A DNA stretch of 64,000 nucleotides from Candidatus Latescibacterota bacterium (GCA_965208125.1 OZ242320.1:5280001-5344000), one strand, 5' to 3'; counted from the first letter of the stretch, positions 18,413 through 28,003 are shown. The notes: a model not told the origin generated them from the sequence alone. Numbers and translations are program-made.

Positions 18413-20664
18413 TGTTCTTTAGAAAACGTCAGCGCGAACGCACGCGTCGGACGAAACAACAGTGGAAACAGCGCGGAAAGCAAGCTTTTCGCATTGCATT
18501 GATGCTCGCCCTCTTAGGCGTACTAACCGTCTTGTTTCCCACGCAACAGCATTACGAGTACAGTGCCTTCCGCGAAGGCGCGATTGCGCCAGATGAAGTC
18601 ATTGCATCCGAATCATTCCCCGTGTACAAAAGCGAAGAAGCATACCAGGATGAAGTCGCAGAAGCTCGCCGCCAGATTTTGCCGGTTTTGCGCTATGATA
18701 GCACAGTGCAGCAAAGCAAACTGAACGCATATAAAACATTTCTAAACGACATAAAAAAGCACCTGGGCTCTGGGGTAAGCGAATCGCTCTCACAAGAGCT
18801 ACGGCTTTCACACCCGGAAATTAGCCCCCTGTCGGAATCCACCCTGAAACATCTCATACCCGTATCTCGAAGGCGATCAGCCAGCCGCAGTACATTGACC
18901 ACCGCAGTTGAGAAAATTCTTCAAAGCACCTACCAGAACGGGATTATTGACCAGGAAATAAATACCGTCGAAGAAGGGTACGCAGAGGTTATACTACTTA
19001 ATAATGGCTCAGAACGCCAAATTAGCCTTGAAGAACTGGCCGATATAGAAAATTTTACCTCGGAACTCCAACAAACCATAGAACAACAATTGCCGAAGGC
19101 AAGTGCTATGGAAATGAGAGCTGGCAGTGAACTGGTTCTGGCCTATCTATCCCCCAACATTGCCTATGATGCTACCGAAACGCAGAGGCGAAGAGATGAG
19201 GCAGCCAGCAATGTCTCACGTACCAAACCAGGGACAGTCCTCAAAGGCGAACGCATTATTGACAAACACGACCGCATCACATCTGACGACATAGACAAAC
19301 TCAGGTCACTGGCCGAACATATTAACCAGCGCCGCCAACAAGACCCATTCATTGACCTCATTCAACGAGGTGCTGGACTATCGCTTTGCGCGTTGACGCT
19401 AATAATATTTTTTGCATTTCTAAAATTTTATCGTCCTGACCTTTATCGCCCGTCCAAAAACATCGTACTGTTTGGCCTTATTATTTTACTTCCTACGGCC
19501 GTGGCTGATTACGCCGCCCAAAGTCAGGCCATATCGCCTTTTCTCATCCCCGTCGCACTATCTGCAATGCTGGCAACCGTGCTCTTTGATGCCGTCATCG
19601 GCATGGTGATCGCCCTTGTCGTCACAACGCTTTGTGCCAGCATTCTCGGCGAACTCCAATACGGAATCATCTTTCTCACCACAGGCATTATTGGCGCATT
19701 TTCGGTACATCAGGTACGCCATCGCAGAGATTTTTACCGTCCGGGTTTGTATCTGATTGCCGCTTATGCTCTGACAATTACCTCTACCGTTGGACTACTT
19801 TTTTCTTATGCCAACACCACCGAGTTTCTCGCGGAAATACGCGGGGATTTATTCTGGGGCATTGTGGCTGCCTGCGGTTCCTTAATCCTCACCATTGGAT
19901 TACTGCCCGTATTCGAAAGTGTTTTCAATGTCGTAACATCAATGACATTGCTCGAATTGGCGGACTTAAATCGCCCGCTGTTGCGCAATTTGGCCCTTCG
20001 CGCTCCTGGAACCTTTAGCCACAGCATAAACATGGCCAACCTCTCGGAAGAAGCCGCGGTCGCAATAGGCGCAGACCCCTTGCTCGCGCGCGTTGGGTGT
20101 TATTACCACGATATTGGGAAAATGAGACGCCCACACTATTTTATAGAAAATCAGCATGGCGTGAATCCCCACGATGAGTTGCAACCTCAAATAAGTGCCC
20201 TGATTCTCATCTCTCATGTCAGGGACGGGATCGAATTGGCGAAAGAAGAAGGCCTTCCTCTTGCAATTATTGATCTCATCCCACAGCACCATGGAACTTC
20301 AGAAATGACTTCGTTTAAGCATCAGGCACAACTCATAGACGAACAGGCGGTCCGTGATGCCGACTTCCACTATCCTGGCCCCAAACCCCAGACCAAAGAA
20401 GCGGGCATTATTAACCTCGCAGACGCTATTGAATCTGCGACGCGGTCTCTGCCCAACAATGATCCAGACGAAATTAAAAAACTCGTCCAAACAATCGTCA
20501 AAGGTCGTTATGATGCTGGAGAATTGGATGAATGCGATCTTACATTGCGCGACCTGACCAGAATTCAGGAAGCCTTTTTACCCGTCTTGCAGGCTTCGCA
20601 TCATCATCGAGTCCCCTACCCATGGCAAGTGCAACAACAAGAACGACAAGCTGCGAGCAGATGA
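18409..20664 (+). CDS. 7TM-HD (HDIG) phosphohydrolase, PgpH-like cyclic-di-AMP phosphodiesterase
   Basis: Extracellular domain plus multi-TM region, then APGTFSHS, YYHDIGK, HHGT, YPGPKPQTKEA, LADA.ES; sits between phoH and ybeY. Confidence 0.9.
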   Translation: MMFFRKRQRERTRRTKQQWKQRGKQAFRIALMLALLGVLTVLFPTQQHYEYSAFREGAIAPDEVIASESFPVYKSEEAYQDEVAEARRQILPVLRYDSTVQQSKLNAYKTFLNDIKKHLGSGVSESLSQELRLSHPEISPLSESTLKHLIPVSRRRSASRSTLTTAVEKILQSTYQNGIIDQEINTVEEGYAEVILLNNGSERQISLEELADIENFTSELQQTIEQQLPKASAMEMRAGSELVLAYLSPNIAYDATETQRRRDEAASNVSRTKPGTVLKGERIIDKHDRITSDDIDKLRSLAEHINQRRQQDPFIDLIQRGAGLSLCALTLIIFFAFLKFYRPDLYRPSKNIVLFGLIILLPTAVADYAAQSQAISPFLIPVALSAMLATVLFDAVIGMVIALVVTTLCASILGELQYGIIFLTTGIIGAFSVHQVRHRRDFYRPGLYLIAAYALTITSTVGLLFSYANTTEFLAEIRGDLFWGIVAACGSLILTIGLLPVFESVFNVVTSMTLLELADLNRPLLRNLALRAPGTFSHSINMANLSEEAAVAIGADPLLARVGCYYHDIGKMRRPHYFIENQHGVNPHDELQPQISALILISHVRDGIELAKEEGLPLAIIDLIPQHHGTSEMTSFKHQAQLIDEQAVRDADFHYPGPKPQTKEAGIINLADAIESATRSLPNNDPDEIKKLVQTIVKGRYDAGELDECDLTLRDLTRIQEAFLPVLQASHHHRVPYPWQVQQQERQAASR

Positions 20665-21086
20665 ATACACTTGAAATTACGACTTTAGTCAATGTGTGCG
20701 ATTTGGATATCCCTCAATTAGAAGCTGTAGTGAAACAACTTCTTTCAGATAACGACATGCATCTTCCCGTTTCGTGCGTTCTAACCCATGATGTCCATAT
20801 CAGACAACTCAACAAGAAATATCGAAACATAGACAAAACAACTGATGTTCTTTCATTTGAGCTTTCCGATGCGATTCATCCAGAGGCGCATTATTGTGGA
20901 GAGATATACATTTCAGTAGATCGCGCACGACAGCAAGCAAAAACGCATAACCAGTCCCTACAGACAGAAATAACTCACCTGGCAGTGCATGGTACTCTGC
21001 ATTTGCTGGGATTTGAACACGATACCCCCGAAGGGTATGCGCAAATGCTAAACGAAGAAAAAAAATACCTGACCCTGATAGAATAG
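20661..21086 (+). CDS. ybeY: rRNA maturation endoribonuclease YbeY
   Basis: LNKKYRNIDKTTDVLSF, GEIYIS, HGTLHLLGFEH; ATGA overlap with the upstream gene. Confidence 0.95.
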   Translation: MNTLEITTLVNVCDLDIPQLEAVVKQLLSDNDMHLPVSCVLTHDVHIRQLNKKYRNIDKTTDVLSFELSDAIHPEAHYCGEIYISVDRARQQAKTHNQSLQTEITHLAVHGTLHLLGFEHDTPEGYAQMLNEEKKYLTLIE

Positions 21087-21133
21087 TCCGCGCTTATGCC
21101 CTTGCTACAAACAATCATTCCCCCGAAAGGAGC

Positions 21134-22450
21134 GTGATTTTTTTGGACGATCCTTGGCCAGCAATCTTTATAACTATCGCTTCTATAGTCCTCACAGCAG
21201 CTTTCTCCAGGCTTGGCTCAATTGTTGTTTCGCGCACAACCCTCGAACGCCTGCACGAAGAAAAAATAGGACGTGCAGGACTCTACCTCTGGCTCTACCG
21301 CTCCCGCGATTTTGTCTCACAAATGGTTTTGCTCGGTCAGACAATCACCATATCCATAGGTGCTCTGGCACTGCTTTCCATTCTTTTGCAGACGTTAAAA
21401 CCGGGTATCTGGCTGTACCCCGGCTCAGCATTGCTCATCGCACTTTATGTATTTATCGCCCTGATCATTCGCAGCATTGTCCCTCCCTACCGGAGGGAAG
21501 AGGGATCAGACCGTCCGCTGCCCTTTTTGCCGTTATGTTTTTTGCCCTTTTACTTTCTTCTTGTCCTTCCCACACTGCTATTGCAAAAAGCGCAAACTGT
21601 CTTCTTGAGCGAAGACGATAGCAGGGCACTAAAAGAAGAGGAATTGCGAAATATCGTCGAGTCGGAAACAGAAGAAGGCACAATCGAAGCAGAAGAAAGG
21701 GAAATGATTGAAGGTATCTTTGAATTTGACGAAACAACGGTCAAAGAGGCCATGATCCCCCGCATAGATATAATTTCTGCTGAGGTAACGGCCACGCCCA
21801 AAGAGCTTCTCGAACTAATCCAACAATCCGGGCACTCGCGAATTCCCATCTATGAAGAACGAATCGACAACATCAAAGGCGTCGTCTATGTCAAAGATAT
21901 CTTGCTCAATCTGGCGACCAACCAGCCGTGGTCTATCCCAGAGATCATGCGTACGCCATACTTTGTGCCTGAAAACAAAACACTCGCCGATTTAATGGCC
22001 GAATTTAAGCGCGAAAAAGTACACATGGCGATTGTTGTCGGGGAATATGGCGGAACGTCTGGCCTTATTACAATGGAAGATATTATCGAAGAAATTGTCG
22101 GTGAAATTCAAGATGAACACGACGATGAAGAACCGCTTTTTGAATGGCGCGAAAAGGGCAAAATACTCGTAGCAGATGCGCGCATTGACATCGAAGACCT
22201 CAATATCGTGCTCAACGTCGAACTGCCACAAAACGGATACGAAACGCTCGGCGGATTTATATACAACGTACTTGGACACGTACCTCAGGTAGATGAAAAT
22301 TTAGAGCACGGAAATCTATTGATTGAAATCCTCGATGTCGTAGGACAGCGCATCACACGGGTGAAAATTACCAAACGCGGAGAGCCTTCACAGGACGAGC
22401 CAAAACGCGGTGAAGAGATACAAATGCAAAACGACAAACCGCAGAAATAG
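21134..22450 (+). CDS. Hemolysin family / CNNM-CBS-CorC protein
   Basis: N-terminal TM region; 'AMIPR.DI', 'GHSRIPIY', 'EYGGTSGLITMEDIIEEIVGEIQDEHD', 'ETLGG'. Confidence 0.9.
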   Translation: MIFLDDPWPAIFITIASIVLTAAFSRLGSIVVSRTTLERLHEEKIGRAGLYLWLYRSRDFVSQMVLLGQTITISIGALALLSILLQTLKPGIWLYPGSALLIALYVFIALIIRSIVPPYRREEGSDRPLPFLPLCFLPFYFLLVLPTLLLQKAQTVFLSEDDSRALKEEELRNIVESETEEGTIEAEEREMIEGIFEFDETTVKEAMIPRIDIISAEVTATPKELLELIQQSGHSRIPIYEERIDNIKGVVYVKDILLNLATNQPWSIPEIMRTPYFVPENKTLADLMAEFKREKVHMAIVVGEYGGTSGLITMEDIIEEIVGEIQDEHDDEEPLFEWREKGKILVADARIDIEDLNIVLNVELPQNGYETLGGFIYNVLGHVPQVDENLEHGNLLIEILDVVGQRITRVKITKRGEPSQDEPKRGEEIQMQNDKPQK

Positions 22451-22505
22451 CTTGACAATAGCCCCAAAATCCCGTTCCTTTTTAATGCTTATCTGGACAT
22501 AAGGT

Positions 22506-22582
<77 letters not shown>

Positions 22583-22591
22583 AAAAATAAG

Positions 22592-22626
22592 AAAGCCCGT
22601 CAATCGGTGATGATCGACGGGCTTTT
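22592..22626 (+). terminator. Terminator, likely bidirectional
   Basis: aaagcccgtc...gacgggctttt between the tRNA and a convergent gene. Confidence 0.75.
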
Positions 22627-22667
22627 GTAAATCCTGATCCGCCCTTAATCCGCGTTCATCATCTTCA

Positions 22668-23045
22668 TCAGGCATCGAGCAAGGATCGAAACGCAGCTTT
22701 GAAATTGTGTGGTGCACTCCGCCAAAGTTGAATACCCTCAATAATATCATCGGTTTCTGATTTGAATATCGGTTGCAATGCTTTCCTCAATTCGGCGACT
22801 TCTATTGTCCCCTGACCTGCTTTTTGATCCGTCAACAAATCTTCGACACTTCTGCCCAACACATCTGCAATTTTTGCCAACACAGGAATTGATCCGCGCT
22901 GCTTGCCCTTTCGAATATCGCTAAAATAGGGCGCACTAATCCCAACCATCTTGGCGATCTCCTGACCCTGTAAACCCGATTCGCGTTGCCAGCGCCGAAT
23001 CTTCTCACCCGCTATTTGTTTATCGTAAAGCGCTCGCCTTGTCAT
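22668..23045 (-). CDS. XRE-family HTH transcriptional regulator
   Basis: Start MTRRALY overlaps the upstream stop; 'IRRWQRESGLQGQEIAKMVGISAPYFSDIRKGKQRGS...KIADVLGRSVEDLL'. Confidence 0.88.
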   Translation of the reverse strand: MTRRALYDKQIAGEKIRRWQRESGLQGQEIAKMVGISAPYFSDIRKGKQRGSIPVLAKIADVLGRSVEDLLTDQKAGQGTIEVAELRKALQPIFKSETDDIIEGIQLWRSAPHNFKAAFRSLLDA

Positions 23046-23803
23046 GCATACACTCCTTTTTTCAAGTGAGAATGCTTCTCCACCTCGACCAACCACGCAA
23101 TATCATTCAGATCGTGAAACGCGATATCCTCGGCTCCAATGCCACACGCACTGAGATTGGACGCGATGCTGTCTTGCGTCCACCTTGCAGACCAAAAACC
23201 CTCAGCAGTCGCCACAAATCGCGACCCCAAAGGCGTCACAACGCGTTGCCCTGTATGCTCGTAGAAATCGACTTGCGCGGCCTCAGTTTCCGGCACATCC
23301 TTATACATGGTGAAAAATGCGGAACCGCCTATTTTGAGAGCGCAATAAAACCGAGAAATCGTCTGAATAAACCGCGGATTGCGGTCGAGATAAGCGTCGC
23401 TGTACAGGCTGAGGTTATCGGATTTGTCTCTGATATTGCCCGGGGTAAAATACAGGCAGAAAACGAGATCGTAAAACTCCTCCTCAACTACTGCCTCGGC
23501 TGCGTCACAGATAAAGATCTGCGCGTTGTCAATCCGTTCTTTTGCCCACAACGCGCGTGCGTCTTCAGCCATTTCGGGCGATATTTCAAAGCCGTGATAC
23601 AAAAGACTGTGCGGCGCGAATAACACGGCGTGATAGCCATTGCCACATCCAATATCCGCAATTTTGTATGGACCATGCCGAAGTCGCTCAATTAGAATCT
23701 CGTCCTGCCTTTGCCGAGCCTGCCTGATCGGTTCAGGACAATAGGACGACTCAAGCGCGCGCTTGACAGCTTCATTTTCGAATTCCAGCGATATATGACT
23801 CAC
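23042..23803 (-). CDS. Class I SAM-dependent methyltransferase
   Basis: Motif I 'IADIGCGNG', acidic 'GFEIS', 'ICDA', 'YDLVFC', 'LKIGG'. Confidence 0.85.
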   Translation of the reverse strand: MSHISLEFENEAVKRALESSYCPEPIRQARQRQDEILIERLRHGPYKIADIGCGNGYHAVLFAPHSLLYHGFEISPEMAEDARALWAKERIDNAQIFICDAAEAVVEEEFYDLVFCLYFTPGNIRDKSDNLSLYSDAYLDRNPRFIQTISRFYCALKIGGSAFFTMYKDVPETEAAQVDFYEHTGQRVVTPLGSRFVATAEGFWSARWTQDSIASNLSACGIGAEDIAFHDLNDIAWLVEVEKHSHLKKGVYA

Positions 23804-24049
23804 GATTTCCCTCTTTGCTCACTCAACTTCGGTTTTTGCTTAGACAATTAATTATTCATGCAGAAATCTACTATACAGGTCAAGTTGTAAATATCGACTA
23901 TTTATATACCCTCATCCCATAACTGTATCATTTTTACAACACATGTGCTAAAAAGGCACACCTGCTACTTTCCTGTACAAATGGCACAATATAATATAAA
24001 ATCATATAAAAACAGGCACTTATAACATTTCTTTCCTGAACGTAATTTA

Positions 24050-24066
24050 CGGCACAGATTTTGCAT
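24050..24066 (+). promoter_or_regulatory. Sigma-54 (-24/-12) promoter
   Basis: cGGCACagattTTGCAt gives GG-N10-GC, about 45 nt upstream of ATG 24110. Confidence 0.75.
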
Positions 24067-24109
24067 ACTATAGTCAATAGCCGGGGTCATACACTTTCAG
24101 GAGGTTACC

Positions 24110-25051
24110 ATGTCACAGATTCGACTGTTTTTGCTCGCCGCTCTCGTCTGCTTGCCCGTCACGGCATCATCTGCACCGCATATTGAATCCTCACTGAAAA
24201 AATCCAAAGCTCAATTGTCGGGTTCAATAAGCAATGGTGCCATTGGCATCAACTCTAACGAAAAAATAACGATCCACATCTCCGAAGGCACCCTTCCACT
24301 CCCGATCCCCGAGGGCACCATTTCACTCCCGACCGATTCGCTCTCTACAGTGCCCAAAGGGCCATCCGGACCCTATGCCCCTTGCATCCTCGGTGGTCCA
24401 AGTCAGTCATTTCCCGGCAATGGAGCCAGACCATATTCCACGTATGCACCGCTTCCAGATCCAGTGGAATTGCTCAATCATATCGGGATATTTTTCTCAA
24501 CAGCCAGCGGTGGATTTGGATCTCGCATCAATTACGACCACAAAATATCTCCACACACGCGCTTTACCGCCAGTCCAGAATTTCTCACCTATAGCCTGTC
24601 CAGAGCCAGCACTATTCTGGGAGACCTTATGCCCCCAGGTATAACGCGGATCACCCTGATCGCCGTACCAATCGGTCTTCAACGCCACTTTGCGCCCACA
24701 TCGCGCGTCAATCCCCATATTGGATTTGGTTTTGGCCCCATCATCCGGCTGGATCACCGCTCACACCGACTGGGGTACTACGGAAATAACCTGGGTATAG
24801 GCAGAATAGTTCGCAATAGACACAATAGCCTCAATCTTACTGTCCCTCTTACTCTCGATGATTTCCCAAGCACCTCCTTAACTCTGGGCGGCCACCTCGC
24901 TTCTGGTCTGAATATCCATTTCGGCGCGAAAAAAAATCTCGCCCTCACCATTGAAGGCCGCTACACCCTGGCTCGATTCATCGACGCGATGGGTTCACCT
25001 GGCGATTTCAGTGGACTTTCCCTCGCCATCGGATTTGGAAAAGCATTCTAA
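24110..25051 (+). CDS. Secreted protein, probable outer-membrane beta-barrel with a Pro-rich N-terminal region
   Basis: AGGAGG RBS; signal peptide; amphipathic strands ('VNPHIGFGFGP', 'LTIEGRYTLA', 'GLSLAIGFGKAF'); C-terminal Phe. Confidence 0.7.
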   Translation: MSQIRLFLLAALVCLPVTASSAPHIESSLKKSKAQLSGSISNGAIGINSNEKITIHISEGTLPLPIPEGTISLPTDSLSTVPKGPSGPYAPCILGGPSQSFPGNGARPYSTYAPLPDPVELLNHIGIFFSTASGGFGSRINYDHKISPHTRFTASPEFLTYSLSRASTILGDLMPPGITRITLIAVPIGLQRHFAPTSRVNPHIGFGFGPIIRLDHRSHRLGYYGNNLGIGRIVRNRHNSLNLTVPLTLDDFPSTSLTLGGHLASGLNIHFGAKKNLALTIEGRYTLARFIDAMGSPGDFSGLSLAIGFGKAF

Positions 25052-25074
25052 AAACCACCACATAAAATCAAAAA

Positions 25075-25110
25075 TGGGACGCATCGGATAAATGATGGGT
25101 CCCTTTTTTT
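25075..25110 (+). terminator. Rho-independent terminator
   Basis: gggac.catc...gatg.gtccc followed by a T tract. Confidence 0.65.
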
Positions 25111-25150
25111 AAAGCGCCATTAATTTTAACACACATTTACAATTCCCCTC

Positions 25151-25205
25151 TTGACAGTACCCTATATTTAGTGCTATAATTTGAGCAACACACAATATCA
25201 TGTTG
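25151..25205 (+). promoter_or_regulatory. Sigma-70 promoter overlapped by two NrdR boxes
   Basis: TTGACA (25151)-N18-TATAAT (25175) with an extended TG; ACCCTATATTTAGTG (25159) and ACACAATATCATGTT (25190) start 31 bp apart. Confidence 0.8.
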
Positions 25206-25229
25206 CTTTTAAGAAAGGAATCCTATTTC

Positions 25230-25682
25230 ATGAAATGTCCTTATTGTGGTGTGATCGAAGACAAAGTGGTAGATTCCAGGTCCAGCAAAGAAGGCACTGC
25301 CATTCGAAGACGCCGAGAATGCCTGGGGTGTGAACGTCGATTTACGACCTATGAATCCATAGAAGACACTCCTCTCACCGTTATCAAATCCGATGGAAGG
25401 CGCGAAATCTTTGACAAAAACAAACTCATAGACAAAATCCGGCTCTCCTGCACCAAACGTCCGATCTCAACAACTCAGATCGAGGAAATCGCCGACAGAA
25501 TCGAGGACCAACTCGTAAGCAGGGGCGAACGCGAAATAGAAGCCAAAGAGCACATTGGCGAACTTGTCATGGGCGAACTCAAACGCCTCGACGATGTTGC
25601 CTACGTGCGCTTTGCCTCTGTGTACCGCCAATTCAAAGACCTCAGCGACTTTGAAAAAGAACTGCGGCAATTTGAACGGTGA
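25230..25682 (+). CDS. nrdR: Transcriptional repressor NrdR
   Basis: MKCPYC...KVVDSR...IRRRREC..C..RFTTYE; ATP-cone; [13 protein letters not shown]. Confidence 0.97.
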   Translation: MKCPYCGVIEDKVVDSRSSKEGTAIRRRRECLGCERRFTTYESIEDTPLTVIKSDGRREIFDKNKLIDKIRLSCTKRPISTTQIEEIADRIEDQLVSRGEREIEAKEHIGELVMGELKRLDDVAYVRFASVYRQFKDLSDFEKELRQFER

Positions 25683-25702
25683 GACGCAAAAGAGACTGTT
25701 CA

Positions 25703-26308
25703 TCATTCATCTGCTTTTACTTCCCTTTCCAAAAACTTCGCTTTCCCACCATGACAGGTCTGACACGTTGCGGGCTTGCCCGTTTTAATATCCAATAAGC
25801 GATCCGTAAACTTCTCCATCATCATGCGTGCAACAACCTTATTGGACGTAGGCGTGACCGGATCGAGCCGGCCATCGCGCCTTCTCACATGGCAATAGTC
25901 GCATGCCTTCACACCCAATGCTTTCTGCATTTCTTTCATCATCGCCACAATTTCTCCACGCGACATCCCCGCCAACCGCGAGGGTTTGGCTGCACTCGTA
26001 TCGCGCACCACAAACCGCGCCGTGCCCGTGTGGCAAAAAGCACAATCAATCGATTTTCCCGCTGTTGTAACCAGACCATCCACAAAATGAAGCTTCATAT
26101 AAAGCGCTGTTTTCTTCAATGGAGATGATGCTTTGTAATCGCGCTCTCCTGCCTCAGTCACAGATGGATGGCAATATTGGCATTTTACTCCCAAAGCTTT
26201 AGAAATCGTTTCCATACCCTCTTTGCTCGTATCCAAAACGTGGTGATCGTCCGCAGGTATATCGGCACAAAGCAAGATAACTGCACAGTAGAAGAAAAAG
26301 CGTTTCAC
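25703..26308 (-). CDS. Tetraheme c-type cytochrome (reaction-centre cytochrome PufC-like repeats)
   Basis: Signal peptide; CQYCH, CAFCH, CDYCH, CQTCH; duplicated 'M..(I/M).KALGVK.C.YCH' unit. Confidence 0.85.
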   Translation of the reverse strand: MKRFFFYCAVILLCADIPADDHHVLDTSKEGMETISKALGVKCQYCHPSVTEAGERDYKASSPLKKTALYMKLHFVDGLVTTAGKSIDCAFCHTGTARFVVRDTSAAKPSRLAGMSRGEIVAMMKEMQKALGVKACDYCHVRRRDGRLDPVTPTSNKVVARMMMEKFTDRLLDIKTGKPATCQTCHGGKAKFLEREVKADE

Positions 26309-27663
26309 AAAGCTCCTCTCACGACTCGCCCATCCACCCCATCGGGACTTTCCAACCCCAACAGAGCCATCATCGTAGGCAAAATATCCATCACAGTCGC
26401 GTCATCAGATGCCAGACCAGGCGCATTGGCAAACCACAACGCATCATCGAAGGTATGCGTGCCATTCACCGGGCTGGATTCGCACAAAACGCGCTTTTCA
26501 AAACTGCCCTTCAAATCATATCCCTGCGCAGGCACTGCCATAAGATCGGGTGCCGCATTGAGGTCGTCACCAACAAATGCTTCTTCGCGCATCAACACGC
26601 GATCAATGACTGGTACCCCTCCATCGGGATCGCGAATTTCCATCAGCGCATCTGCCACATCTCGCCGGATCTGCTCGTATTCAGCACCAGCCTGTACGCA
26701 ACCCTCGCGCTCCCTACCCTTTAGATTCACATAAAATCTTCCGGGCAATAACGAATAACACCGCGTTCGGGGATCCAGGTCTCTCAACTGCTTTGGTTCA
26801 GGCGATGCAAAAGACAACAACCCCATCTGTTGCAGCCAAAAATTCAAATGCACCTCGCGCTGCAGGGTGCAAAAACCGTGATCCGACACAATCATGAGCA
26901 GTGTATCGCTGTATAACCGTGAAACCAGTTCCCCAATAATCTCATCTACGCGCGCGTAAAACCGATTAAACCACGCGGTGTACGACACATCTCCTCGTTC
27001 CACATCGCCCCAGAGAAAGTGGTGCAATCGGTCGGTATCCATAAAATGCGCCACAAATAAATCCCATGATTCCTGAGCGTAATACTTGAACATAGCTTCT
27101 GCACGTCGGTTGAGTGCCCAGAAGAGCTCGTCGAGAAATTTCTGGCGGTTTTTCCGCGCCTGCCAGGCGTCAATATCGATCAAATACCCCATGGATTCCA
27201 GTTCAGAAGCTATCGCAGGTGGATAGGTCGCTCGCTTCAAATCGGGTGCTAAAAATCCCGAAATCAAGATACCATTGACTTTTCGAGGGGGAAAAGTAGT
27301 GGGCACTCCCATAGAAAAAACTCGCTGTTCCATATTGCTAAACAGATCAACCCACGTCTTGCTGCGCAACATCCTCGAAGATGGAATAAACATCTCATAC
27401 GTTTGGGGGACACGGTCAATAAATCCAAAAATCCCGTGCTTACCCGGGTTGCAACCCGTCGCAATCGATGCCCATGCAGTTGACGATACCGTAGGCAGCA
27501 CCGACGTCATAGACATCAGTGACCCCTGAACGATCAACTGCTGAAAATTGGGCATAATCCCCTCGGCAATCAAACGTTGCAACAGACTATGTGGCATGCC
27601 ATCCAGGCCCAGAACAACGACGCGACTAAATTTAGCTCTCTTTCGTCGAAAAAAATTAAGCAT
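26305..27663 (-). CDS. Alkaline-phosphatase superfamily nucleotide pyrophosphatase/phosphodiesterase
   Basis: VLGLDG, 'PTVSSTAWASIATG.NPGKHGIFGF', DRLHH, SDHGF, GTH. Confidence 0.9.
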   Translation of the reverse strand: MLNFFRRKRAKFSRVVVLGLDGMPHSLLQRLIAEGIMPNFQQLIVQGSLMSMTSVLPTVSSTAWASIATGCNPGKHGIFGFIDRVPQTYEMFIPSSRMLRSKTWVDLFSNMEQRVFSMGVPTTFPPRKVNGILISGFLAPDLKRATYPPAIASELESMGYLIDIDAWQARKNRQKFLDELFWALNRRAEAMFKYYAQESWDLFVAHFMDTDRLHHFLWGDVERGDVSYTAWFNRFYARVDEIIGELVSRLYSDTLLMIVSDHGFCTLQREVHLNFWLQQMGLLSFASPEPKQLRDLDPRTRCYSLLPGRFYVNLKGREREGCVQAGAEYEQIRRDVADALMEIRDPDGGVPVIDRVLMREEAFVGDDLNAAPDLMAVPAQGYDLKGSFEKRVLCESSPVNGTHTFDDALWFANAPGLASDDATVMDILPTMMALLGLESPDGVDGRVVRGAL

Positions 27664-27739
27664 CTAACCATCCTAAAATAAAACAGGGCTTTTAACCCCT
27701 TGTATATGGAAGCTAAAAGCCCAAGACATAGTAAAAATA

Positions 27740-27817
27740 TGGGGTGAGTGAGGGGATTTGAACCCCCGACCTCCTGGGCCACAACCAGGCGCTCTGACCG
27801 ACTGAGCTACACCCACC
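27740..27817 (-). tRNA. tRNA-His (GTG)
   Basis: Minus strand: (G-1)GTGGGTGTAGCTCAGTCGGTCAGAGCG CCTGG TT GTG GC CCAGG...GGTTCAAATCC..CACTCACCCCA. Confidence 0.96.
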
Positions 27818-27832
27818 ACACAAAATGCAAAA

Positions 27833-27906
27833 CACTCCCGGCAGGGCTCGAACCTGCGACCTACTGCTTAGAAGGCAGTTGCTCTATCCAGCTGAGCTAC
27901 GGGAGC
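27833..27906 (-). tRNA. tRNA-Arg (TCT)
   Basis: Minus strand: GCTCCCGTAGCTCAGCTGGATAGAGCA ACTGC CT TCT AA GCAGT...GGTTCGAGCC..CGGGAGTG; CCA not encoded. Confidence 0.96.
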
Positions 27907-27974
27907 AAAAGAACCTGCCCTTGAGGATTCTATCAAGGGTTGAACAGATACCAGACACATCCTATTTGAAAGCA

Positions 27975-28003
27975 AAATTATCATATTGATCAAAAAGTGT
28001 CAA
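27975..28003 (-). promoter_or_regulatory. Putative sigma-70 promoter of the tRNA-Arg/His pair
   Basis: On the minus strand: TTGACA-N17-TAATTT. Confidence 0.6.

Noticed and set aside
25703-26308. Evidence of phototrophy
   Set aside because: No pufLM or bch genes are in the window, and PufC-like heme units occur in non-phototrophs.
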